Below are positions 40,976 through 48,786 of a stretch of 64,000 nucleotides of DNA, piece after piece. The stretch comes from Minisyncoccota bacterium (lineage in GTDB: Bacteria; Patescibacteriota; Minisyncoccia; Phycocordibacterales; JBAYLF01). The notes beneath the pieces are model-generated. The model searched no databases, was not told the origin of the DNA, and saw only the letters and a list, made by a program, of their open reading frames with translations. The stretch covers positions 29,690 to 93,689 of the forward strand of contig JBAYLF010000002.1 of assembly GCA_041664205.1 (NCBI GenBank). Reading direction: 5' to 3'. Position 1 is the first letter of the stretch; the number at the start of each line of letters is the position of its first letter. Position numbers and translations under genes: made by a program.

Positions 40976-41369
40976 TGTCATTCCCGCCTGCCCGCCATGC
41001 AAGGCAAAGCGTTGCAGGCAGGCGAAGGCGGGAATCCAGTATAATCCTCACATGAACAAAAATTATTATGTTTATATATTAGCAAGTAAAAAGAATGGGA
41101 CTTTATATATAGGGGTTACAAATGATTTAGTACGCAGAATTTACGAACATAAAAACGGTTTAATTGAAGGATTTACTAAAAAATACAATATAAAAAATCT
41201 GGTTTATTATGAAGAAACCAATGATATAAACAGTGCCTTAAGTAGAGAAAAAAGTTTAAAAAAATGGAACAGAGAATGGAAACTAAAACTTATTGAGTTA
41301 AATAATCCGGAGTGGAATGATTTGAGTTTAGATTTATAAAACTGGATTCCCGCCTGCGCGGGAATGACA
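40976..41369 (+). mobile_element. Putative autonomous element: GIY-YIG gene between two inverted REP arms
   Basis: Left arm 40976-41039 (with a 36-nt insert) and right arm 41342-41369 belong to the same repeat family as the four empty doublets. Confidence 0.7.
41052..41339 (+). CDS. Stand-alone GIY-YIG nuclease
   Basis: YYVYILASKKNGTLYIGVTNDLVRRIYEHK...SREKSLKKWNREWK...NPEWNDL. Confidence 0.94.
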   Translation: MNKNYYVYILASKKNGTLYIGVTNDLVRRIYEHKNGLIEGFTKKYNIKNLVYYEETNDINSALSREKSLKKWNREWKLKLIELNNPEWNDLSLDL

Positions 41370-41382
41370 GCACTTTATCGTT

Positions 41383-43908
41383 TTAACTCCTTATCTCTAT
41401 CATAAATCCATCATCTATATCTGGATGGACGAATTTGAATTGTATTATTGAGCCAGCTTTTATCTGTCCGCTGATTATTTTTTCTGCTATTGGTTCTTCT
41501 ATCTTGTCCTGTAAGACTCGGTTCATTGGTCTGGCGCCAAACTTTGGATCAGTTCCTGAAGAAATAAGAATGTTCAAAAGAACATCGTTCACATTGAGAG
41601 TCACACCTTTTTCTTGAAGTCTCTTCGCAAATTTATCAGCCATCAATTTTGCAATCATTTGAAGATTTTCTTGATTTAAAGGATGGAAAAGAATAACCCC
41701 ATCAAAACGGTTTAGAAGTTCTGGTTTGTAAATTCTTTGATTTATCAATGCATCTATAATTTCATCTTTATGAGAAGCTAGATCAAGATGTTTCTCTTCC
41801 ATTCCCCATATCAGATCACTTCCAGCATTTGATGTTGCAATAATTATCATATTTCTCAAATTAACTTTCTTACCACCCATATCTGAGAAAAATCCTTCAT
41901 CTAAAATCTGCAAAAATAAATCTATAACTTCTTTCGATGCTTTTTCAAATTCATCCAAAAGAAGAACGCCGTAACTTTTATCGCGCAAGAATGATGAAAG
42001 AACTCCGCTTTTACTTTGTGCGAATGATCCTATGAGGCGTTCGAGTGCATCGTCGCCACTATACTCTGACATATCTATACGAATAATATTGGATTCGCCT
42101 TTGAAAAATATTTCTGCGAGTGCTTTTGTTGTTTCTGTTTTTCCAACTCCTGTTGGTCCGAGAAATAGAAATGAACCTAGTGGACGCTTTACATTTCGTA
42201 TACCGGCTCTAGCACGACGCAATGCCTGACTTATTGCCACTATCGCTTCATCCTGACCGACAACTCTTCCGTGAAGCAAATTTTCAAGATTTAATAATTT
42301 ATCTTTTTCTTCCCCAAGAATTTCCCCTTGAGGCATTCCGGTTTTTTCTTCTATGATTTTGAGTATGTCATTTTTTTCTATCAAAATTCTTTTTCCGCTT
42401 CTAACCCTAGATACTACTTCTATTAAAATATCTTTTGCTTTATCTTCGACAACTTCAAAATTAAGATAGTTCGATACATTATTTGCAATCTCAGCAATTG
42501 ATTGGAATGTAAATAAGACTCCTTGTTCAGATTCTAGCTTAGACGCTTCGTCTTCTATTATTTTCAAAAGACTTTTTTCATCTCTTTCTAATACACTGAT
42601 CTTTTCAAAATATTGCATAAGCTCAGTATCAGTTTCTACAACTGAATGAAATCTATCGCGACCAGAAAGTGCGATGACTTGAATTCCAGAAGAAATTAAA
42701 AATGGTCTTAACATTTCTGAAATGTTTGAACCGAGATTATGAGCATTCTCCACTAAAGATGGAAAATCATCTATTGCTAAAATAATGTTACCAGACGAGA
42801 CTGCTTCGTTGAAAATTTTTATAATTTCTTGTTCAAAATCATTTTTTTCTTTTAAGGAAGCATTGAAAATTCCTACATTTAAAATCATCACGTGCTTATG
42901 CTCCAATGCTGGCATGATCGTTCCTTCATATATTCTATGAGCTAAAAGCATAATGATCGAAAGGAGTCCTTCTTGATATTCTCCAACAAGAAGAGCATTG
43001 GCTGCGCTTGATTTCAAGAGTATCTTCTCGAGAATAGAAACTTCTTCTTTTCCATAAGAACTCTTTGAATCTACGGCGTGAAAAAGATTATCAGAGCTAA
43101 CATCATGAGCATACTTTTCAAGCGAAAATGCTCTACCATAAGCCCAATCCTTTCCAATACTTGGAATTCTTCCTAAAGAATCTCTACCCCACCAGCGACT
43201 TTTTTCCTTGGCTAAAGTTTTGTATCTAGAAATCCATTCTGTTGCGCCTAGAAAATCGCTCTTTTGAATGCCTAACTTTAGTAAAAAATTTGAAAACTCA
43301 CCATCGTGGCTATAAATTGTTTCCGCAAAATCAATTATAGAAACGGGATGACGTTCTTCTATGATCTCACTTTGTTCTATTGAAAAAGAGAACTTAGACA
43401 ATACGATCTTTCTTGCATCAAAAAATTCTTTGAGCTCGTTGTCAGAAATTTTCAAGCGAAACATTATTTCTCTACCATAAGAAGAAAGGATGAATTTTTT
43501 TGTTACATCATCTTCGTCTCCAACTAAAATAATTTCTGCAACATCAAATGATATATTTCTGTTATTTTTTTTCATTCTAAACTCTGGCATAACAAAGTCG
43601 ATGTCTTTGTAAATATATGAGTTATAAAAAAATTTAGGAAGAATAGCCATCATATAGATCGGAAAAGCTAGCAAGCTTACGGCTTCTATTTTTGAAAGCA
43701 GATTTTGATTTATAGAAATTAATTTAAAATAATCTCCGACTATAGCAAAAACCACAGCGAGAAGAACGAAACTCGATATTTGTCGAATTATATTTCGCGT
43801 TTTTTGAGAAAAGCGTTTTTCTAATTCAATAGCGCTGTTGTATTCTAACGCAACAGAAACTAGATCTTCATATTTTAAAACGCTTTTTTGATTTAATAAA
43901 TTTAACAT
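41383..43908 (-). CDS. Membrane-anchored ClpA/B-like AAA+ ATPase with degenerate first NBD
   Basis: Two N-terminal TMs; NBD2 intact ([21 protein letters not shown]); NBD1 P-loop decayed (VGEYQEGLLS). Confidence 0.88.
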   Translation of the reverse strand: MLNLLNQKSVLKYEDLVSVALEYNSAIELEKRFSQKTRNIIRQISSFVLLAVVFAIVGDYFKLISINQNLLSKIEAVSLLAFPIYMMAILPKFFYNSYIYKDIDFVMPEFRMKKNNRNISFDVAEIILVGDEDDVTKKFILSSYGREIMFRLKISDNELKEFFDARKIVLSKFSFSIEQSEIIEERHPVSIIDFAETIYSHDGEFSNFLLKLGIQKSDFLGATEWISRYKTLAKEKSRWWGRDSLGRIPSIGKDWAYGRAFSLEKYAHDVSSDNLFHAVDSKSSYGKEEVSILEKILLKSSAANALLVGEYQEGLLSIIMLLAHRIYEGTIMPALEHKHVMILNVGIFNASLKEKNDFEQEIIKIFNEAVSSGNIILAIDDFPSLVENAHNLGSNISEMLRPFLISSGIQVIALSGRDRFHSVVETDTELMQYFEKISVLERDEKSLLKIIEDEASKLESEQGVLFTFQSIAEIANNVSNYLNFEVVEDKAKDILIEVVSRVRSGKRILIEKNDILKIIEEKTGMPQGEILGEEKDKLLNLENLLHGRVVGQDEAIVAISQALRRARAGIRNVKRPLGSFLFLGPTGVGKTETTKALAEIFFKGESNIIRIDMSEYSGDDALERLIGSFAQSKSGVLSSFLRDKSYGVLLLDEFEKASKEVIDLFLQILDEGFFSDMGGKKVNLRNMIIIATSNAGSDLIWGMEEKHLDLASHKDEIIDALINQRIYKPELLNRFDGVILFHPLNQENLQMIAKLMADKFAKRLQEKGVTLNVNDVLLNILISSGTDPKFGARPMNRVLQDKIEEPIAEKIISGQIKAGSIIQFKFVHPDIDDGFMIEIRS

Positions 43909-44288
43909 TATGAAAAAATAATTTGTAACCCCCTAATGAACATCACTGAAAGTAAAAAAGGAAGAACTAACCATAAAATAATAGTGACAAGGCCTATCAG
44001 CACAACTACAAGTAATACCAATAATCCAAAAACGATTGTAAAAAGTCTTACAATAAAACCAACCAATCGCATTATGGTATTAGTAACAAGCGCACTAGCC
44101 CAATCTTCTATAGATCTTAGATCATATTTTTCTTTCAATCTTTCCCACGGATCAAGTAAGGTTTTAAAAAGAAGTGATATAGAAAAGAAATTGTAAAAAA
44201 ACCATAGGTAATTAGTCCAGATACGAATAATATCTCCTATAGCTGTAGAATAATGCCAAAGTAGATATCTAAGCGTTAGAGTGATCAT
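43908..44288 (-). CDS. Conserved membrane protein coupled to the Clp-like ATPase
   Basis: WHY...FFSI..L.KTL..PW.R motif; stop/start overlap with the downstream gene. Confidence 0.78.
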   Translation of the reverse strand: MITLTLRYLLWHYSTAIGDIIRIWTNYLWFFYNFFSISLLFKTLLDPWERLKEKYDLRSIEDWASALVTNTIMRLVGFIVRLFTIVFGLLVLLVVVLIGLVTIILWLVLPFLLSVMFIRGLQIIFS

Positions 44289-44358
44289 GTTTTAATTATA
44301 TCCTGTTTGTCGTATATATAGAACAAAGAAATACACAGATAGTGAGTGAAAAAACGGT

Positions 44359-45180
44359 TTAATGTTTTTTATAATATATTTTATTGCCGAATCTTAGATC
44401 GACATAATCTAAATTTTTGAAGAAGTCGCCGTTTTTATTTTCAACCTTATAATCTTCCAATACTGAGTTTAAATTTTCAAGAGTATTTTCAAAAGAGGTT
44501 TTTTTATTGAATAATATTTTTCCTCCTCCTTCAACCACTGCTTCAAACTCTTGTTCTTGCTTATAAAATATATCTGTAATGTTTATCTGTTCATTTTTTA
44601 GATTAGAAACAAAATGTGATAGATCTTTAAAATCTGAACTATTTAGAAATGTTTTACCAATAATATTTTCATCTGAAATAAAACCATGATAATGCGTATA
44701 AACACTTCCAGAAATTTGGGGGGCTTCATCAAATACGAAACCCTCCTCATCTAAAAAGTAACATTTTTGATCACACCACAAAGCTACTGGTTTTCTTTCG
44801 GTTATCAAGACATTGAGTGTTTGAAAATCCTTTAATTTAAGTTCTACATTTTTTATTCTAGTAAAATTATTTAGCAATTTATTCTTTAAATCTCCTTTTG
44901 GATAAATCAAAGAATTACTTTTTGCTAAAATATGCCCATAACTTCCATTAAGAGCACTTGAAACAAAAGCTTTTAAATCGCTTGATTTTACAGACAGATT
45001 CCCTTCGAAATTAATACTCGCAATAGTAATCGATTTTAATTTTGAGATATAAGAAATACCAGAAAGCAAAGTCATTGTAGAAATGACAATTAAAACAAAC
45101 TTAAAGAAAAACTTCGCGCTACTTTTTTTACCGCTTTTTCTAGATCGCGAAGATTTTAAAAGTTTTTTACTTCCAAACAT
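44359..45180 (-). CDS. FtsQ/DivIB-like cell division protein
   Basis: Basic N-terminus, TM, POTRA-like domain, ITERKPVALW and YVDLRFGNKIYY. Confidence 0.8.
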   Translation of the reverse strand: MFGSKKLLKSSRSRKSGKKSSAKFFFKFVLIVISTMTLLSGISYISKLKSITIASINFEGNLSVKSSDLKAFVSSALNGSYGHILAKSNSLIYPKGDLKNKLLNNFTRIKNVELKLKDFQTLNVLITERKPVALWCDQKCYFLDEEGFVFDEAPQISGSVYTHYHGFISDENIIGKTFLNSSDFKDLSHFVSNLKNEQINITDIFYKQEQEFEAVVEGGGKILFNKKTSFENTLENLNSVLEDYKVENKNGDFFKNLDYVDLRFGNKIYYKKH

Positions 45181-45190
45181 AAAGGTACTT

Positions 45191-45263
45191 TGTCATTCCC
45201 GCGCAGGCGGGAATCTAGTTTCTTATTTCAACGGTCTGGATTCCCGCCTGCGCGGGAATGACA
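45191..45263. repeat. REP-like inverted doublet 2
   Basis: TGTCATTCCCGCGCAGGCGGGAATCTAG, 17-nt spacer, CTGGATTCCCGCCTGCGCGGGAATGACA. Confidence 0.92.
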
Positions 45264-45278
45264 GAAAGATTGCCGAAT

Positions 45279-46553
45279 TTATTTTTTAGATATAACCTTT
45301 CTTCCTCCCATCCACTTTTGCAAAACTTCAGGGATTTTTATAGAACCATCTGCTTGTTGATTGTTTTCAATAATAGAAATAAGAACGCGAGGTGTAGCGA
45401 TCGCTGTATTGTTTAATGAGTGAGTAAACTTTAACTTACCGTCGCTATCTTTGTATCTGATATTAAGACGTCTTGTTTGAAAATCGTGAAAATATGAAGA
45501 CGAATGTGTTTCGCGATATTTATTTTCTGATGGCACCCAACATTCGATATCATATTTTTTGACTTGGCCCAATCCCAAATCTCCTCCGCAATTTATTACG
45601 ACGTGATAAGGAAGTCCTAATCCTTGAATTATTTTTTCTGCATTTAATGTAAGTTCTTCGTGATGCTTTACGCTTTCTTCATGACTAGCTTCACAAAGCA
45701 CGACTTGTTCAAATTTATAAAATTCATGAACTCGCATTATTCCTTTCGTATCTTTTCCATGGCTTCCTGCTTCCCTTCTTAAACATGGAGAAAAAGAAAA
45801 GAATTTTATAGGCAACTTAGATTTGTCTACAACTTCATCGGCATAATATGACATAGTTGGCACTTCGGCTGTTCCTGTTAAGAAATCACCATCCTGTGTT
45901 TTATAGAGATCTTCTTCGCCTTGTGGAAGATAACCTGAACCCATAAGAGTTTCGCGCTTAACAATAAGCGGTGTGATCATAGGAGTAAAACCGCCTTTCT
46001 TATGAAATTCCTCTAAAAGATAATTCCAGATCGCAAAAGATAACTCTGCGCCTTCATTCTTCAAAAAATATCCACGAAAACCTGAAACTCTGGCTCCTCT
46101 TTCAAAATCAACCATATCAAGCGACTCCATAAGCTCTACATGATCTTTCGGAGTAAAATCAAATTTTGGAATTTCTCCCCAAGTTCTTACTTCGACATTA
46201 CCAGAATCGTCTACTCCTTCTGGCACTGAGATATCAGGAATGTTCGGCACCTTAACCATAAGCTGTTGCCAATTCTTCATCACTTCTTTTAATTTTTCCT
46301 CTTCCACTTGAATCTCATCTTTAACCATTTTCATTTTAGCAATTATTAAATTGCGCTCAGCCGGATCACTCACTTGAACGATCTTTTGGCTAACTTCGTT
46401 CTGCTCAGTGCGTTTTTTTTCAACTACAGCAAGAATCTTTTTTCGTTCATCATCAATAGTAATTAAATCATCAACGTTGAATTCAAGATGCTTTTTCTTT
46501 GCACCTGCCTGTATTAAATCTTTGTGTTCCCTAATAAATTTTATATCTAACAT
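45279..46553 (-). CDS. serS: Serine--tRNA ligase
   Basis: MLDIKFIR, GTAEVP, RREAGSHG, KKYDIECW and HSLNNTAIA motifs. Confidence 0.98.
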   Translation of the reverse strand: MLDIKFIREHKDLIQAGAKKKHLEFNVDDLITIDDERKKILAVVEKKRTEQNEVSQKIVQVSDPAERNLIIAKMKMVKDEIQVEEEKLKEVMKNWQQLMVKVPNIPDISVPEGVDDSGNVEVRTWGEIPKFDFTPKDHVELMESLDMVDFERGARVSGFRGYFLKNEGAELSFAIWNYLLEEFHKKGGFTPMITPLIVKRETLMGSGYLPQGEEDLYKTQDGDFLTGTAEVPTMSYYADEVVDKSKLPIKFFSFSPCLRREAGSHGKDTKGIMRVHEFYKFEQVVLCEASHEESVKHHEELTLNAEKIIQGLGLPYHVVINCGGDLGLGQVKKYDIECWVPSENKYRETHSSSYFHDFQTRRLNIRYKDSDGKLKFTHSLNNTAIATPRVLISIIENNQQADGSIKIPEVLQKWMGGRKVISKK

Positions 46554-46651
46554 AGTTTTTTAAAATAAAAACGATAAAAAGCCTAAAACAATCGACTTTG
46601 ACCGATTATTTATTTATAATACCAAAAAATGTTTAATATTCCAATAATTCA

Positions 46652-47509
46652 ATGCATAAAATCAATCAATTAACGAAAGATGAATTCCCAGAACTACTGA
46701 AAGAAATTCCGGATCAGCCTAAAACCTTATATCTTCAAGGAAACTTGCCGTCTTATGAAGAAAATAAGTTTCTTTGTGTTGTTGGTTCTAGAAAATACAG
46801 CAACTATGGAAAAGAGGTCTGTGAAAAATTAATAAGCGGACTTCGCGGATATCCTATAGTAATTGTATCTGGACTTGCTTTGGGAATTGATGGTATCGCT
46901 CATAGAGCGGCGCTTGATGCAGGACTTAAGACTGTCGCTGTGCCAGGTTCAGGTCTTAATCCAAATGTTTTATATCCAAGCACTCACAGAGGTCTTGCTC
47001 AAAAAATTTTAGAAAATGATGGCGCACTTTTAACAGAGTTCGAACCGAATTTCCACGCAACAGTCTGGAGTTTTCCACAAAGAAACAGAATTATGGCAGG
47101 ACTCTCGCATGCAATACTAATTATTGAAGCTGAATTAAAATCTGGAACATTGATAACTTCGCGACTCGCAACAGATTACAACAGAGACGTCCTAACTGTT
47201 CCCGGATCTATTTTTTCAAAAAATTCTGAAGGGCCCAATATGTTAATGCGACTCGGCGCAACTCCAATAACTTCAAGCAAAGAACTTTTGGAAGCGCTTG
47301 GCTTTAATGAAGAAGCAACTGCAACCAAAAATTATAGTGACTGTTCAGAATTAGAAATAAAAGTTTTAAAACTTTTGGAAGTGCCGATATCTCGCGATGA
47401 ACTTTTAAGAACTTTGGAAATCCCTGTAAGTGAAGCGAACGCGCTTATCTCAATTTTAGAAATTAAAGGATTCATCAAAGAAAGCGCTGGAGAAATTCAT
47501 CTCGTATAA
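46652..47509 (+). CDS. dprA: DNA-processing protein DprA
   Basis: VVGSRK, VSGLALGIDG.AH, FPQRNRIMAGLS and SGTLIT motifs. Confidence 0.97.
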   Translation: MHKINQLTKDEFPELLKEIPDQPKTLYLQGNLPSYEENKFLCVVGSRKYSNYGKEVCEKLISGLRGYPIVIVSGLALGIDGIAHRAALDAGLKTVAVPGSGLNPNVLYPSTHRGLAQKILENDGALLTEFEPNFHATVWSFPQRNRIMAGLSHAILIIEAELKSGTLITSRLATDYNRDVLTVPGSIFSKNSEGPNMLMRLGATPITSSKELLEALGFNEEATATKNYSDCSELEIKVLKLLEVPISRDELLRTLEIPVSEANALISILEIKGFIKESAGEIHLV

Positions 47510-47555
47510 GCAATAATAAAAAACGCTCCCGATCATATCGAGAGCGTTTGCTATT

Positions 47556-48620
47556 TTATTGAACTTCTAAATTTAAAGGATTTATATCTATATCAAGATC
47601 ATAAGCATCCTGAATCATAGCTTCAACAGCAACGTTAACACCGGAACCTGAGCCGTGAGTAATAATCGTAGTGTGATCCACTTTCGAAATAGCCACAGAT
47701 TCATTGGGAGGATAGAGAAGTAAATCTCTATAAATTTCACCCTTATGACCTAGTTCGTTAATATTCCGAAAGCATCCGAGAATATGAATGTCGTTAAGAC
47801 CTTTTACAACAAAGTTAAACCCTCCTGAAATTTCAGCCTTGGAATTAAAATTATCGATACTGCACGATACGATAGAAACAATAAATCTTTCAGAACTACC
47901 GTTTTCTAAATGCTTCCTTACCGACTCTTCGTTAAATTCAACAAAATGCTTTCGATTAGGGAAAACAGATGGTTGCAACCCGTAGCAATAATTAAAAAGA
48001 ATTATGGTCTTGAGAAATGCATCGAACGCTTCTCGATTAAAAACCTCTACAATATTATGTGTGCCTGATTCAAGATAATGATATCTTTTTACTTCTTTCA
48101 GCGAATCATCTAATGTTTTAGATTGAGATAGTTGCGCAAATAAATAATTTAAAACGGCATTCAATATAAAATAATCTTGAACTTGAAAATTTCTGGTAGG
48201 TAAACAATTTTTTACCTGCCAAAGAAATGCTGGGATACGCGACAAACAGCCAACTGTTCCGCTCAAACCAAACAAACCGATATATTCAGCAAAAAGATCT
48301 GAGTTATAAGCAAATCCAGCCTTCTCGCAAGATATTACTGGCTTACTATATTCAAATGCTTTTTTCATTACATAAGCCGAATCTTCGCCACCTTCTATAG
48401 TTTTCATACAGTTGAATAAAACATCGGCTGTAAACTCTCCCTTGAAAAGAAGGTCTGCGCCTTTTCTAAACGAACAGTTTTTTAACTTTTTTAATGAATC
48501 TGCTTTTTCAAATCGATACAAGCCAGAGGTTATCAATACTATTACTTCGTGTCCTTTTCTTTTAAGTCTTTGAGATAAACGTTTACCTATCGCTCCAAAT
48601 CCAACAACTATAATATTCAT
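47556..48620 (-). CDS. Divergent homoserine dehydrogenase-like protein
   Basis: IIVVGFGAIG Rossmann motif, KPVISCEKA, GTVG, ILNAVLNY, DAFLKTIIL and GSGSG. Start MNII at 48620 preferred; the ORF extends to 48674. Confidence 0.68.
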   Translation of the reverse strand: MNIIVVGFGAIGKRLSQRLKRKGHEVIVLITSGLYRFEKADSLKKLKNCSFRKGADLLFKGEFTADVLFNCMKTIEGGEDSAYVMKKAFEYSKPVISCEKAGFAYNSDLFAEYIGLFGLSGTVGCLSRIPAFLWQVKNCLPTRNFQVQDYFILNAVLNYLFAQLSQSKTLDDSLKEVKRYHYLESGTHNIVEVFNREAFDAFLKTIILFNYCYGLQPSVFPNRKHFVEFNEESVRKHLENGSSERFIVSIVSCSIDNFNSKAEISGGFNFVVKGLNDIHILGCFRNINELGHKGEIYRDLLLYPPNESVAISKVDHTTIITHGSGSGVNVAVEAMIQDAYDLDIDINPLNLEVQ

Positions 48621-48786
48621 ATTTTTATTTTCTATGAACAAAATAACTTTATTTTGTTTTTTTAGCAATAACAACTATAAATTTAAATTTTATTTGACAA
48701 ATCTTGTGGTTTAAGTTAATAATAGTGCGATTAATTAAATGTTAACAATTGCTAAATAAAATTTTTACTGTAATAATTTAAAAAAT

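Noticed and set aside
40616-41044. 142-aa plus-strand ORF, and likewise 45083-45289 and 61120-61326
   Set aside because: Antisense to real genes and partly read from REP arms (CHSR…GGN, LDSRLRGND peptides).
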